64,000 nucleotides of DNA from Candidatus Moraniibacteriota bacterium (GTDB lineage Bacteria; Patescibacteriota; Minisyncoccia; Moranbacterales; UBA1568). Made by a program: the position numbers and the translations under genes. The DNA lies in NCBI GenBank assembly GCA_963743885.1, contig CAVURJ010000001.1, positions 76,949 through 140,948 on the forward strand, written 5' to 3'. Each line of letters starts with the position of its first letter. Positions within the stretch are counted from its first letter, which is position 1. Below the pieces are notes generated by a model. That model saw nothing but the letters and a program-made list of their open reading frames with translations. It made no database searches and had not been told where the DNA came from. This document shows, piece after piece, positions 18,816-29,337 of this stretch.

Positions 18816-20003
18816 TCATCTCTGTTGCGGCTCGGCCCACATCCCCTTCTCCTTGATCAGCCCGATGAGCGCCTCGAGCGCTTCTGCCTGCGGCACATCG
18901 CGCCGTACCAACTCCTTCTTATAGTAGAGGTTGACCTTGTCCGGAGCACCACCAACATAGCCAAAATCCGCATCTGCCATCTCACCCAAGCCGTTCACGA
19001 TGCAGCCCATGATGGCAATACGCACACCCTTCAGATGCCCCAGGCGCTCCTTGATGGCGTCCGCGACTTCCTCGATATTATAGAGTGTGCGGCCGCATGA
19101 CGGGCAAGAGATGAATTCCGCGCGCGTGATACGCCGACGCGCTGCCTGGAGGATGCCGTAGCAGGTCGGGATCTCCTTCACCGGATCCTCAGTGAGCGAG
19201 ACGCGGATCGTATCGCCAAGACCTTCGAGGAGAAGCGTACCAATACCAAGCGTCGACTTGGCTCTCCCTTCTTCGCCATTACCGGCTTCCGTCACGCCGA
19301 GATGGATAGGATAGTCCATGCCTTCTTGTTCCATCGTCGCTGCGAGCAGACGATTGGACTCGATCATCACGAGCGGATCGGATGACTTGAGCGCGACGAT
19401 GATTTCATTGAAATCATGCTTCTTGAAGATGCGCAGGTACTCCATCGTCGACTCCACCATACCAAGCGGCGTATCGCCGAAGCGCGACAGCACCCGGTCC
19501 GAGAGCGACCCATGATTGGAACCGATGCGGATCGGCTTCCCAGCCGCCTTCGCCGCCTCGATGAACGGCAGCAGGCTTTCTTCGATGCGTGCGATCTCCA
19601 GAGCATAGCTCGCATCATCAAACGCGAACTCGCGGAAAATCTTACCGTCGAGAAAATTACCGGGATTGAGTCGGATCTTGTCCGCCCACCGAAGCGCCTC
19701 GAAAGCCGCCGCGGGCAGGAAGTGAATATCAGCGATGAGCGGGATCACGATACCGTCCTTCTCGAGCGCCTCGCGGATCGGACCGAGCACCTCTGCATGG
19801 CGCGGTGTCGGCGTCGTGAGACGGATGAGCTCGCAGCCGGCCGAGACGCAGCTCTTGATCTGTGCGACCGTCGCCTCGATATCGAGCGTATCGGTATTGG
19901 TCATCGTCTGCACGCGGATCGGGTTGTCCCCGCCAATGCCGATGCCGCCCACCATGACGACGCGCGACTTCCTCCTCGGCTTCAATGCGGAAATATCATG
20001 CAT
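18816..20003 (-). CDS. ispG: 4-hydroxy-3-methylbut-2-en-1-yl diphosphate synthase (GcpE)
   Basis: 395 aa; N-terminal TIM barrel (RVQTMTNTDT) and a C-terminal 4Fe-4S Cys cluster CPSCGR...GCIVNGLGE. Confidence 0.9.
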   Translation of the reverse strand: MHDISALKPRRKSRVVMVGGIGIGGDNPIRVQTMTNTDTLDIEATVAQIKSCVSAGCELIRLTTPTPRHAEVLGPIREALEKDGIVIPLIADIHFLPAAAFEALRWADKIRLNPGNFLDGKIFREFAFDDASYALEIARIEESLLPFIEAAKAAGKPIRIGSNHGSLSDRVLSRFGDTPLGMVESTMEYLRIFKKHDFNEIIVALKSSDPLVMIESNRLLAATMEQEGMDYPIHLGVTEAGNGEEGRAKSTLGIGTLLLEGLGDTIRVSLTEDPVKEIPTCYGILQAARRRITRAEFISCPSCGRTLYNIEEVADAIKERLGHLKGVRIAIMGCIVNGLGEMADADFGYVGGAPDKVNLYYKKELVRRDVPQAEALEALIGLIKEKGMWAEPQQR

Positions 20004-20090
20004 AAGAAAAAAGTAATATCAGACGCTACGATACCACGAATTCCCCCGTCACGTAAAGAAAGCAAAAGCCGCCCCGTAAGGCAGCTTTTT

Positions 20091-20249
20091 GGTTTCTGGC
20101 AAGATGTCTTTTTGAGAAAAAGAAACTGTCTGAGACGCTCTTGTTTCTCGAAAGATTTCCTTAGGCCGTGACGAGGGAGGGAAATGTTTCGCAAGAAACA
20201 AGAGCGACGAGTTTTTCTTTTTTGAGAAAAGAGTTTCTTGCCGGAAACC
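20091..20249 (+). repeat. Roughly 160-bp imperfect-palindromic intergenic repeat, copy A
   Basis: ggtttctggcaagatgtctttttgagaaaaagaaactgtctgagacgctcttgtttctcgaaag ... gtttcgcaagaaacaagagcgacgagtttttcttttttgagaaaagagtttcttgccggaaacc. The termini are inverted repeats. Other copies sit at 27430, 46336 and 57990 (the last reverse-complemented). Confidence 0.8.
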
Positions 20250-20263
20250 GTTCTCGGCTATGA

Positions 20264-22717
20264 CTAAAGGATCGTGAACGCTGCGACGCTATCACCAGCC
20301 TGCGGCTTCATCACGCGCACCCCCTGCGTCACGCGACCGAGAAGCGAGATGCTCTTAAACGGGATGCGGATGATCGTGCCCTTCTCGGAGGTGAGGATGA
20401 GATCGTCTTCGATATTCTCCATACTCGTGATGAGCGCACCGACGATATCACCGGTCTTATCGGTCACCTTCATCGCCTTGATGCCGGAGCCGCCGCGCTT
20501 CTGCGCCTTGAACTGACTGAGTTCACTGCGCTTGCCATAACCATGTCGCGAGAGCACGAGAAGCTCCATATCCTTGTCACCATCAGAGACGACATCCATC
20601 GCGACGATGCGATCCTTGTCATCCTTGAGCTTCATACCGCGCACACCGGCAGCGCTGCGACCCATCGGGCGAACATCGGATTCCTTGAAGCGGATGGACT
20701 GACCATCAGCGGTCGTCATCACGACTTCGTCCTGTCCGGTCGTCGGGCGAACCCAACCGAGCACGTCACCCTTCTCGAGTGAGATAGCGATGAGACCACT
20801 TCGGCGCACGTTCTCGAACTCTTCGATCTTGCTCTTCTTGACCGTACCCTTGGCCGTCGCCATGAAGAGATACTTGCAGCCGCCGTCCTTGAACGAGATG
20901 ACTGCCGTGATCTTCTCCTCCTGTGTCAGCTGGAGGAAATTGACGATCGCCTGGCCCTTCGCAGTGCGCGAAGACTCTGGGATCTCATATGCCTTAGTCT
21001 GGAAGACTTTGCCAGAATCAGTGAAGAACATGAGGTTGTCATGTGTCTCGATGGTGAGCACCTTGGCGATCTTGTCTTCTTCCTTGGTGGTCGCGCCGAT
21101 GACGCCCTTGCCGCCGCGCTTCTGCACGCGATAGACACCTGGGTTCATGCGCTTGATGTAACCGTCCTCGGTGAGCGTGATAATCGCTTCCTCGTTCGGA
21201 ATGAGATCCTCTTGCTTGAACTCGGAGATGCCGGTCTTCACGATGCGCGTGCGGCGATCATCGCCGAAACGGTCACGCACTTCGATGAGCTCGCTCTTCA
21301 CGAGCGCAAGGATCTTCTTGCGATGCTTGAGGAGGTCTTCGAGATACGCAATGAGCTTCAATTTTTCTTCGAGCTCGTCCTCAATCTTCTTGCGCTCGAG
21401 GCCAGCCAGTGTCTGGAGACGCATCTCGAGAATAGCGGTCGCCTGACGATCGGAGAGCTTGAACTTCTTCATGAGGTTCGCGTGGGCCTCTTCCTTGGTC
21501 GGAGACTTTTTGATGGTCTCGATGATCTGATCGATATGGTCGAGCGCGATCTTGAGACCTTCAAGGATATGCGCGCGGTCCTTGGCCTTCTGCAGGTCAT
21601 GCTCCGTACGACGCACGACGACAATCTCACGATGCTTGATATAGTGCTCGAGAATACTCTTGAGTGTGAGGATCTGTGGATCGGTGCCGTCGACGAGCGC
21701 GAGCATGTTGACGTTAAAGTTCTTCTGCAGGTCCGTCATCTGATAGAGCTGATTGAGCACCTTCTGCGGGAAGGCTTCCTTCTTGAGATCGACGACGATG
21801 CGCACGCCATCCTTGTCGGACTCATCGCGCAGGTCCTTGATGCCCACGATCTTCTCTTCCTTCACGAGCTCGGCGATCTTCATGATAAGCGACGCCTTGT
21901 TGGTCGCGTACGTCATCTCGGAAACGATGATCTGGAACATACCAGCCTTGGTCTCGACGATCTCCGCCTTGGCGCGCGTGACGATCGGGCCCTTGCCGGT
22001 CGCATAGGCCTCGCGGATATCCTTCTGGTTGTACATGATACCACCGGTCGGGAAGTCCGGACCTTTGACGAACTCCATCAGGTCATCGACGCTCGCTTCC
22101 GGATGATCGACGAGATGGCAAATACCATCCACGAGCTCATTGAGATTGTGCGGCGGAATATTGGTCGCCATACCGACCGCGATGCCCACGGTACCGTTCA
22201 AGAGGAGCTGTGGCAGCTTGGCTGGCAACACGACCGGTTCTTCATGTACGCCGTCGAAGTTCGGGATGAAATCCACGGTATCCTTCTCGATATCAATAAG
22301 CATCTCCTCAGCGATCGCCATGAGTTTAGCTTCGGTATAGCGATACGCTGCAGCGCTGTCACCGTCCATCGAGCCGAAGTTACCCTGGCCCCAGACGAGC
22401 GGATAGCGGAGCGAGAAGTCCTGCGCCATGCGGACCATGGTGTCATACACAGCCGAATCGCCGTGCGGATGGTACTTGCCGAGCACTTCGCCGACAACCG
22501 TCGCCGACTTGCGGAACTTCGACGTTGAGCGGAGCCCGGTCGACCACATGGAATACAGGATGCGACGATGCACCGGCTTCAAACCGTCGCGAACATCCGG
22601 CAGCGCGCGCGCCACGATGACCGACATCGCATAATCGAGATAGGATTGCTTCACTTCTTCCGCGATGCTCCGCGGCTCGATCTTCCCTTCATGGAATGCG
22701 CGCTTCTCTTCTGTCAT
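20264..22717 (-). CDS. gyrA: DNA gyrase subunit A
   Basis: 817 aa with active-site [11 protein letters not shown] and a C-terminal beta-pinwheel. Confidence 0.95.
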   Translation of the reverse strand: MTEEKRAFHEGKIEPRSIAEEVKQSYLDYAMSVIVARALPDVRDGLKPVHRRILYSMWSTGLRSTSKFRKSATVVGEVLGKYHPHGDSAVYDTMVRMAQDFSLRYPLVWGQGNFGSMDGDSAAAYRYTEAKLMAIAEEMLIDIEKDTVDFIPNFDGVHEEPVVLPAKLPQLLLNGTVGIAVGMATNIPPHNLNELVDGICHLVDHPEASVDDLMEFVKGPDFPTGGIMYNQKDIREAYATGKGPIVTRAKAEIVETKAGMFQIIVSEMTYATNKASLIMKIAELVKEEKIVGIKDLRDESDKDGVRIVVDLKKEAFPQKVLNQLYQMTDLQKNFNVNMLALVDGTDPQILTLKSILEHYIKHREIVVVRRTEHDLQKAKDRAHILEGLKIALDHIDQIIETIKKSPTKEEAHANLMKKFKLSDRQATAILEMRLQTLAGLERKKIEDELEEKLKLIAYLEDLLKHRKKILALVKSELIEVRDRFGDDRRTRIVKTGISEFKQEDLIPNEEAIITLTEDGYIKRMNPGVYRVQKRGGKGVIGATTKEEDKIAKVLTIETHDNLMFFTDSGKVFQTKAYEIPESSRTAKGQAIVNFLQLTQEEKITAVISFKDGGCKYLFMATAKGTVKKSKIEEFENVRRSGLIAISLEKGDVLGWVRPTTGQDEVVMTTADGQSIRFKESDVRPMGRSAAGVRGMKLKDDKDRIVAMDVVSDGDKDMELLVLSRHGYGKRSELSQFKAQKRGGSGIKAMKVTDKTGDIVGALITSMENIEDDLILTSEKGTIIRIPFKSISLLGRVTQGVRVMKPQAGDSVAAFTIL

Positions 22718-22739
22718 AGATTCGTCGTATATATCGAAA

Positions 22740-23102
22740 TTATCTCGGCTGCACGGCAGGAATGCCTTCCTGCAGACTCGTATCGCCTCTCGTTCTCATC
22801 TGGTCTCGGAAGAACTCTTCACCGGTCGTCTTCTCGCTACTGTCTACGCGGAGCGGCGACGCCTCCTTCAACATATCGCTCAAGGATGGGGCCGGAGTAG
22901 CGTTCGGAGCGAGCTCTCTCCCCTTCTCGATAGCCTGCGGCACATCGCGCGAAATCGAATGAAAATTCTCGCGAACCGACAACATCCAGATACCGATGAC
23001 AAAAAGCATCGAGACAGCGAGACAAGCAAGTGCGTAGCGCATGCGTACCGGCTCAGGCTGCCGCCGTACCTCTTCTATCTTCTCCCAGATATTAAGTGTC
23101 AT
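22740..23102 (-). CDS. Hypothetical small membrane protein
   Basis: Internal start [11 protein letters not shown] at 23102 and one TM helix ([19 protein letters not shown]). The ORF-track start at 23189 overlaps the MBL-fold gene. Confidence 0.3.
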   Translation of the reverse strand: MTLNIWEKIEEVRRQPEPVRMRYALACLAVSMLFVIGIWMLSVRENFHSISRDVPQAIEKGRELAPNATPAPSLSDMLKEASPLRVDSSEKTTGEEFFRDQMRTRGDTSLQEGIPAVQPR

Positions 23103-23142
23103 AAGAAAAACTGAACGGCTAGGGTAGAAATTTAAACGACTG

Positions 23143-23802
23143 CTATGCTCCTCTCTCAAGCAGCACGACTTCGAGCGTCTTCTCCTCAAGATCCTTCTTC
23201 TTTATGTTGAGCCGCGGGAGCGATTCCTTCGGGCAGCTTCCAATGGCTTCGCAGAACGCCTTCTCTGTTTCAAGCGGGAGCGAGAGTCCAGCGATCTTAT
23301 AGTGCATCGGGATGACGATATTTGGCTCGATCTTCCGCACCATCTCGGCCGCGACCTTTGCAGAGAGCGTATCAGAACCACCAACCGGAATAAAAAGAAT
23401 GTCGACACCATTCAGCTTATCGAGCATCTCCGGTGAAAGATCATGGCCAAGAGCGCCGAGGAAGCAGATATGGATATCCTCGCTCTCGAAGATGAAGATC
23501 GTATTCTGACCTCGCTCCGCGCCATTCTGTTCATCACGAAACGACGAGAAACCAAGCGCTGCAATACCTTTCGCGGCATACTCACCGGGAGCGTCGAGCA
23601 CGACCGGCGATCCCTTGAGGGATTCCTTGGCCGAATCTGCATCGCCATGTGTCAGGAAAACGATATTCGCTTCGCCCTGCGGCGCGCGGAGACCAGCGCC
23701 CTTCTCGAGTGGATCAGTCCAGATGATGACATCATCGGTCGCACGACCAGCCGGCTTGGTGCTGATCTTGAAGCAATAATCGCCGTAGTACTGTATGTTC
23801 AT
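23143..23802 (-). CDS. MBL-fold metallo-hydrolase (UPF0173-like)
   Basis: 219 aa; NIVFLTHGDADS plus additional His/Asp ligands (DILFIPVGG, PMHYK) typical of the metallo-beta-lactamase fold. Confidence 0.55.
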   Translation of the reverse strand: MNIQYYGDYCFKISTKPAGRATDDVIIWTDPLEKGAGLRAPQGEANIVFLTHGDADSAKESLKGSPVVLDAPGEYAAKGIAALGFSSFRDEQNGAERGQNTIFIFESEDIHICFLGALGHDLSPEMLDKLNGVDILFIPVGGSDTLSAKVAAEMVRKIEPNIVIPMHYKIAGLSLPLETEKAFCEAIGSCPKESLPRLNIKKKDLEEKTLEVVLLERGA

Positions 23803-23977
23803 AGCGGGAGATAACCAAAGAGAGATAACACAGCCATTCTAACAGGAATGCGATGCCTTGTCGAGCATCATCAGACATCCATAAAACTGCTAGAGAGAGC
23901 CTGGGGATTGACTTTTTCCGATTCTCTGATACACTGGAAAAACATCACGTTTCTAATCCGGATCATATCATTTTCGT

Positions 23978-24118
23978 ATGCCAAAGAGGACATACCAGCC
24001 GAAGACCCGCAAGCGCGCCAGGCGCCATGGGTTTCTCGAGCGCATGAGCACCGTTGGCGGCCGCAAGGTCGTCGCTCGCCGCCGCGCCGCCGGTCGGAAG
24101 AAGCTGACCGTTGCCTAA
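23978..24118 (+). CDS. rpmH: 50S ribosomal protein L34
   Basis: 46 aa, manually translated: [46 protein letters not shown]. Below the ORF-track size cut-off. Confidence 0.85.
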   Translation: MPKRTYQPKTRKRARRHGFLERMSTVGGRKVVARRRAAGRKKLTVA

Positions 24119-24134
24119 GGAAAACGGCTGCATT

Positions 24135-24473
24135 ATGCTAAAAAAGGGCTTCCGTATCACGAAACAAGAGGATTTTGACAGGGTGTTTCGCAGCGGGAAG
24201 CCCCTTTTTTTTGGAGAGATCGGTTGCAAAGGATTCAAAAATGGGCTTGATCACATACGAATAGGCTTTTCTATAAGCAAAAAGCATGTTCCGCTCGCCG
24301 TCGATCGCAACCGGCTCCGTCGGATACTCTCCGAAGCCTTCGCTGCCGCATCGGCCGAATGGCCGGCATCGATGGATATCATCTTCTTTTCAGCCAAAAA
24401 AACAGCGCCAATCAGCCTTGATGAAGCAAAAATTATCATCAGCCAGATGCTCCACAAAGCCAATCGCGCATAA
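24135..24473 (+). CDS. rnpA: Ribonuclease P protein component
   Basis: Start MLKKGFRITKQEDFDRVFRSGK; basic RNR motif (VDRNRLRRILSEA). Canonically follows rpmH. Confidence 0.75.
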   Translation: MLKKGFRITKQEDFDRVFRSGKPLFFGEIGCKGFKNGLDHIRIGFSISKKHVPLAVDRNRLRRILSEAFAAASAEWPASMDIIFFSAKKTAPISLDEAKIIISQMLHKANRA

Positions 24474-24685
24474 GTAACCGTTCAAATTCTCACCGCCTAT
24501 TAAATAAGAAAAGAAATCATGCTTGTCTGATAAAATGTCCGGATTTCGGCTGAAAACCTTTCAAAGCTCGTCTGGTTATCTCGATAGCCTTCCTCGCTTC
24601 TTCAAAGTTTTCATCTCGAAATCCGAACATTTTCTCAAGACATGAGATTTTGAACGGTTACTAACAAACGAGAAAAACGCTTCTT

Positions 24686-25414
24686 ATGGGATATTTCTTC
24701 CACTCCTTCATTTACGAGCCGATCTACAACACGCTCGTCTACCTCTACGACACCGTTCCAGGCGGCGATTTCGGCATCGCCATCATCCTGACGACCATCC
24801 TCCTCAAGACCCTTTTCATCCCGCTTTCCAAGAAGCAGATTGAATCCCAGAAGAAGATGCAGGAGCTCCAGCCCAAGATCAAAGAGCTACAGCAGCGCTA
24901 CAAGAACGACAAAGAAAAGCAGACAAAGGCCATCATGGACCTTTACAAGGAGCATAAGGCCAACCCAGTTTCCGGCTGTCTGCCGCTCATTATCCAGCTC
25001 GTCTTCCTGATTGCTATCTATCAGGTCATCATCAATATCTCCCAGGCTGGCTTCCTCGCCAACCCAGCAGATCTCTACGCGTTCGTAGCGGATCCTGGAC
25101 AGATCAATCAGCTGTTCCTGCATTTCCTCGATCTCTCAAAGCCAAACTACGTCCTAGCCGTCTTTTCAGCCATAGCACAGTACTATCAGACCAAGATGAT
25201 CATGGGCCAGCAGGCGGCCAAGACTCCGAAGAACGACGCCCCTTCCGACCAGCCGGACTTTGCCGCTATAATGAATAAGCAGATGCTCTACCTCGGCCCT
25301 GGCATCACCCTCTTCATCGGTGCCACCTTCCCAGCCGCGCTCTCGCTCTACTGGCTCGTCTCGACCCTCTTCATGATCTTCCAGCAGATGTTCATCCTTA
25401 AGCCGAAAGCCTAA
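24686..25414 (+). CDS. yidC: Membrane protein insertase YidC (short form)
   Basis: 242 aa, 5 TM segments; the YidC/Oxa1 core LPLIIQLVFLIAIYQ and C-terminal YWLVSTLFMIFQQMF. Confidence 0.85.
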   Translation: MGYFFHSFIYEPIYNTLVYLYDTVPGGDFGIAIILTTILLKTLFIPLSKKQIESQKKMQELQPKIKELQQRYKNDKEKQTKAIMDLYKEHKANPVSGCLPLIIQLVFLIAIYQVIINISQAGFLANPADLYAFVADPGQINQLFLHFLDLSKPNYVLAVFSAIAQYYQTKMIMGQQAAKTPKNDAPSDQPDFAAIMNKQMLYLGPGITLFIGATFPAALSLYWLVSTLFMIFQQMFILKPKA

Positions 25415-25419
25415 CGCCT

Positions 25420-25908
25420 ATGGAAACTGCACACCAAGAAACCGTCAAAGGGATCGTCAATGACCTGATGGAGAAGATGGGTTTCACCGCCTCGGTGGAA
25501 GTCCGTCCGCTCGCCTCATCCGAGACGATTCTCTTCGCTATCCGCGTCGAAGGCGACCAGCATCTCCTGATCGGCCAGCATGGCGCCAATCTCGCCGCGC
25601 TCCAACACCTGGTCCGCGCTATCGTCCGCCAGAAGACCGGGGAACGACTCGATATCACTGTCGATGTCAACGACTACTTCGCAGAAAAAGCTGCGCTCCT
25701 CATGAAGGAAGCTGATAAAGTCGTCGCCGAAGTTCTCGAGAACCGCATCTCCGTCGCGCTCCGTCCGATGCTGCCGTATGAACGCAAGATCGTGCACTCG
25801 CACCTCGCCAAGCACGACGGCGTCACGACCGAAAGCATCGGAAACGGACCCGACCGCAAGGTTCTCGTCCGCCCGAAAGTTTCGGATACCGTTCCGGACG
25901 AAGCATAG
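25420..25908 (+). CDS. jag: Jag/KhpB-like RNA-binding protein (KH plus R3H)
   Basis: 162 aa; C-terminal R3H (LPYERKIVHSHLAKHDGVTTESIGNGPDRKVLVRP). Conserved yidC-jag pairing. Confidence 0.75.
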   Translation: METAHQETVKGIVNDLMEKMGFTASVEVRPLASSETILFAIRVEGDQHLLIGQHGANLAALQHLVRAIVRQKTGERLDITVDVNDYFAEKAALLMKEADKVVAEVLENRISVALRPMLPYERKIVHSHLAKHDGVTTESIGNGPDRKVLVRPKVSDTVPDEA

Positions 25909-25938
25909 TCATCATCCGGCCGCACCAATCTCCTCTCT

Positions 25939-27402
25939 ATGGCCGTCGCCAGAAAAATTGCCTATATCGTCATCCTGAACTCCTTCCTCAAGGTGTTTTC
26001 GACGGTCGCGCTCTCACTCCTCTCCATCCGGCTCATCACCGGCTATCTCGGCCAGGACGGATTCGGTGACTACGCTACCGTGCTCGCATTCTTCTCATTT
26101 TTTTCTGCTATTGCCGACCTCGGCATCGGCGCTGTCACTGCTCGCGAAATATCCCGAGAAGGCGCCGACGAAGGCAAGATCCTCGGTCACGTCATCTCGC
26201 TCCGCATCCTCTCTGCCGCTGCCCTCATTCTCCTCTCACCAGCTGTCATCTTCTTCTTCGATTATTCGCGAGAAGTCGAGATCGGTATCCTGATCGCCGC
26301 CATCGCCACCGTCTTCTCGACCCTCTCGCTCACGCTCAACGGCATCTTCCAAAAGCACCTCGCCATGGACAAGGTGGCAATGGTCGAATTCCTCGGCAAG
26401 CTCCTCCAGGTCGGCGCAGTCTTCCTCATCGTGAAAGCTGACCTAGGATTCCTCGCGATCGCCGCAACGCTCCTTGTCTCACTCTCCTGGAATGCGCTCG
26501 TCGTACTCCTCATCAGCCGGCGCTACACCACTTTCCGCCTCCGTATCGACACAGCTGCTTGGAAGGATTTCCTCCGCGAGTCCTGGCCGATGGGCATGAC
26601 CGCGATCATCACTTTCGCCTACTTCAAGATGGACACCATCCTCCTCTCGGTGCTCCAGACCAGCTCGGAAGTCGGCATCTACAACGTGGCCTACAAGATC
26701 ATGGAAAACCTGATCTTCTTCCCAGCCATGCTCGCCGGCCTCGTCTTGCCGCTCCTCTCACGTTCCATCTTCACTGATCGCCCGCACTTCGACGAAGTCG
26801 CCAACAAGACCTTCAAGGTCTTCCTCATCATTGTGCTACCACTCATCATCGGTACCTGGTTCCTTGCGAGCGATATCATCGCTATCGTCTCCGGAGCCGG
26901 CTTCCTCGAGGCCGCCCCGGTGCTCCGCATGCTCGTCTTCGCGCTCGGCTTCATCTTCTTCGGGCATTTCTTCAACATGCTGCTCATCGTCAGCAATGCC
27001 CAAAAGAAACTCATGCAGACACTCATCATCGCCGCCGTCTTCAATATCCTCGCCAATCTCTACCTCATCCGGGAATATTCATACCTCGGTGCCGCGACCG
27101 CATCGATCGCGACGGAAACACTCGTCGTACTCCTCACCGGCTTCCTTGCCTACCGTCACATCCGCTTCATCCCCTCCTTCGAAAATATCGGCCGCATCGC
27201 GCTCTCCGCGCTCGCCATGACCGCCACACTCTTCTTCCTCGAGCCGTTCTCATTCCTTCTCTCTGGTATCGCCGGTGTCGCTGTCTATATCCTCGTGCTC
27301 TGGCTGACAGACGCCGTCAATCACACCGAGCTCGCCAGCCTCTTCCAGAAAGGCGGCTCATCAACAGAAGAAGCCGAGCACATGGAAACCATGCTGCCGT
27401 AG
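25939..27402 (+). CDS. Polysaccharide biosynthesis protein / oligosaccharide flippase (Wzx, MOP superfamily)
   Basis: 487 aa, roughly 12-14 TM segments with the typical Wzx N-terminal LKVFSTVALSLLSIRLITGYLGQDGFGDYA. Confidence 0.7.
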   Translation: MAVARKIAYIVILNSFLKVFSTVALSLLSIRLITGYLGQDGFGDYATVLAFFSFFSAIADLGIGAVTAREISREGADEGKILGHVISLRILSAAALILLSPAVIFFFDYSREVEIGILIAAIATVFSTLSLTLNGIFQKHLAMDKVAMVEFLGKLLQVGAVFLIVKADLGFLAIAATLLVSLSWNALVVLLISRRYTTFRLRIDTAAWKDFLRESWPMGMTAIITFAYFKMDTILLSVLQTSSEVGIYNVAYKIMENLIFFPAMLAGLVLPLLSRSIFTDRPHFDEVANKTFKVFLIIVLPLIIGTWFLASDIIAIVSGAGFLEAAPVLRMLVFALGFIFFGHFFNMLLIVSNAQKKLMQTLIIAAVFNILANLYLIREYSYLGAATASIATETLVVLLTGFLAYRHIRFIPSFENIGRIALSALAMTATLFFLEPFSFLLSGIAGVAVYILVLWLTDAVNHTELASLFQKGGSSTEEAEHMETMLP

Positions 27403-27429
27403 GATCGTTTTCGTCATCGAAAACACCCT

Positions 27430-27613
27430 TCTTAGTTTCCGGCTAGATGTCTTTTTGAGAAAAAGAAACTGTCCGAGACACCCTTGTTTCCCGAAGGATT
27501 CCCTTGGGTCGTAAAGAATGAGGCCTGCCTGCCGGTAGGCAGGGGAATGCTTCGTTAGAAACAAGGGTGATGAGTTTTTCTTTTTTTCAAAAAGAGTTTC
27601 TGGCCGGAAACCG
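27430..27613 (+). repeat. Palindromic intergenic repeat, copy B (with a central insertion carrying the CCTGCCTGCCGGTAGGCAGG hairpin)
   Basis: agtttccggctagatgtctttttgagaaaaagaaactgtccgagacacccttgtttcccgaagg ... cgttagaaacaagggtgatgagtttttctttttttcaaaaagagtttctggccggaaacc. Confidence 0.8.
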
Positions 27614-27645
27614 ATACTCCTCAAAACCGACTGACAGCCATCACT

Positions 27646-28530
27646 ATGCCAAAAGTCGCTATCATCGTCCTCAACTGGAACGGGCATGACTGCCTCCCTG
27701 GCTGCTTGTCATCTCTCGATTCCCTTTCTTACCCAGACAAAGAGATCATCGTCATCGATAACGGATCAAGCGACGATTCTCTCGCGCTCGCCAAGCGCGA
27801 CTTCCCACACTGCCTCTTCATCGAGAACAGCGAGAACCTCGGCTTCGCTTCCGGCATGAATCGCGGTATCCGCGTCGCCCTCGATCGCGGCGCTGACTAT
27901 GTCTGGCTCTTCAACTACGACGCGCAAGCAGCAGCCGATTCCCTCTCGCTCCTCATCGACACAGCCTCATCGCATCCGGAGGCTGGGCTCTTCAGTCCGG
28001 TCATCACCGATCAAAACGAGAAAGTCTGGTTCGCCAAAGGACAGATCGATTTCCTCCGCATGCGCGCCACCCATGTGGAGCCGTCGCCCCGAGAACTCAC
28101 GGCCGATGCCTATCCAAGCCCGTTCCTCACCGGCTGCGCGCTCCTCATAAGGAGAGGCGCCTTAGAAAGCATCGGCTTCTTCGATGAGGATTTCTTCCTC
28201 TATTATGAGGATGCCGACCTCTGCCTGCGCGCCAAAGCCTCTGGCTTCCACTCCCTTGTTGTTCCGAAAGCACGGGTCATACATGCCGAAAAGAGCCGGG
28301 AAAACCCAGAAAAGACCTACTATCTGGTCCTTTCAGGCCTCATGTTCTCAGCCAAGCACGCGCCGCGGCTCATCCGGCCATATCTCGCCATATATGCTAC
28401 AATACGGAGACTGAAAAACCGCTTGGATCTGCTTCGTGGGAGGGATGAGGCAGAAGCCGTCGCGAAAGCCTATAGAGACTTCGACCGCTATGAACACCCC
28501 TCTCTTCTCGATCGTCATCGTCAATTATAA
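27646..28530 (+). CDS. Glycosyltransferase family 2
   Basis: VAIIVLNWNGHDC...IIVIDNGSSDDS...NLGFASGMNRGI; DxD-containing GT-A fold. Confidence 0.75.
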   Translation: MPKVAIIVLNWNGHDCLPGCLSSLDSLSYPDKEIIVIDNGSSDDSLALAKRDFPHCLFIENSENLGFASGMNRGIRVALDRGADYVWLFNYDAQAAADSLSLLIDTASSHPEAGLFSPVITDQNEKVWFAKGQIDFLRMRATHVEPSPRELTADAYPSPFLTGCALLIRRGALESIGFFDEDFFLYYEDADLCLRAKASGFHSLVVPKARVIHAEKSRENPEKTYYLVLSGLMFSAKHAPRLIRPYLAIYATIRRLKNRLDLLRGRDEAEAVAKAYRDFDRYEHPSLLDRHRQL

Positions 28531-29275
28531 AAGCGCTGCGCGCCTGGCGCGCTTGCTCGCGAGTCTGCCCGCCCGAAACGGCGAGTATTCCGTCATCGTC
28601 GCCAACAACGACCCATCGGAAAGCCGCGTGCTCGGACAGCTCTCTTCAGCATTCCCCTTCACGCTTATCGAAACCGGTGCGAACCGCGGCTTCGCAGCCG
28701 GGGCGAATGTCGGCGCCCTCGCAGCAACCGGGGACATCATCGGCTTTATCAATCCCGACATGCTCTGGGACGGTGTCTCCTTCGAAGCGATTCGTTCGGC
28801 ATTCGAATCAGATGGAGAAACTGGCATCATCGGACTCGGACTCACCGATCCAAACGGCCGCCCCGAAGATTGGAGCTTTGGTCACGACCCATCGCTCACC
28901 GAACTCATCAAGAACAACATCCTCCGGAACCGCCAGACCAATCAACCAGAAAAAAAGTCGCTCCTCACTGATTGGGTCAGCGGCGGTGCGCTCTTCATCC
29001 GGAAGGATCTCTTCCAGAAGCTCGGCGGATTCGATGAAGATTTCTTCCTCTATTTCGAAGATGCCGACCTCTGTCGCCGGGCGCGCCTCTTGGGAACAAA
29101 AGTCCGGATCGCTCCGCACCTGCCGATCATCCACCTCGGCGGTCAAAGCCAAGAATCACAAGCGCTACAGAAAAGGTATTTCTATACTTCCCAATCCGCC
29201 TATTTCCGTAAGCATCGCCCACGCGCCGAATACTACATGCTCCGCTTCCTCCGCTTCCTCCGTTACGGACTCTAG
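28490..29275 (+). CDS. Glycosyltransferase family 2
   Basis: Start MNTPLFSIVIVNYKSAARL (ATG 28490); ANNDPSE...NRGFAAGANVG. Overlaps the previous GT2 by about 40 nt. Confidence 0.7.
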   Translation: MNTPLFSIVIVNYKSAARLARLLASLPARNGEYSVIVANNDPSESRVLGQLSSAFPFTLIETGANRGFAAGANVGALAATGDIIGFINPDMLWDGVSFEAIRSAFESDGETGIIGLGLTDPNGRPEDWSFGHDPSLTELIKNNILRNRQTNQPEKKSLLTDWVSGGALFIRKDLFQKLGGFDEDFFLYFEDADLCRRARLLGTKVRIAPHLPIIHLGGQSQESQALQKRYFYTSQSAYFRKHRPRAEYYMLRFLRFLRYGL

Positions 29276-29337
29276 CCTCTAGAGCACAGACATATAAGAG
29301 CAATGCTTCTCCCCGCATTCCATTCTGCAATCAAGCT

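Noticed and set aside
19416-20171. 251-aa ORF ending ...DVFLRKRNCLRRSCFSKDFLRP, and the similar tail in 45824..46417
   Set aside because: The shared C-terminal peptide is simply the translation of the palindromic intergenic repeat (copies A and C). The remainder is antisense to ispG and udg respectively.
21041-22528. 495-aa plus-strand ORF opposite gyrA
   Set aside because: Antisense shadow ORF; gyrA on the minus strand has unmistakable motifs.
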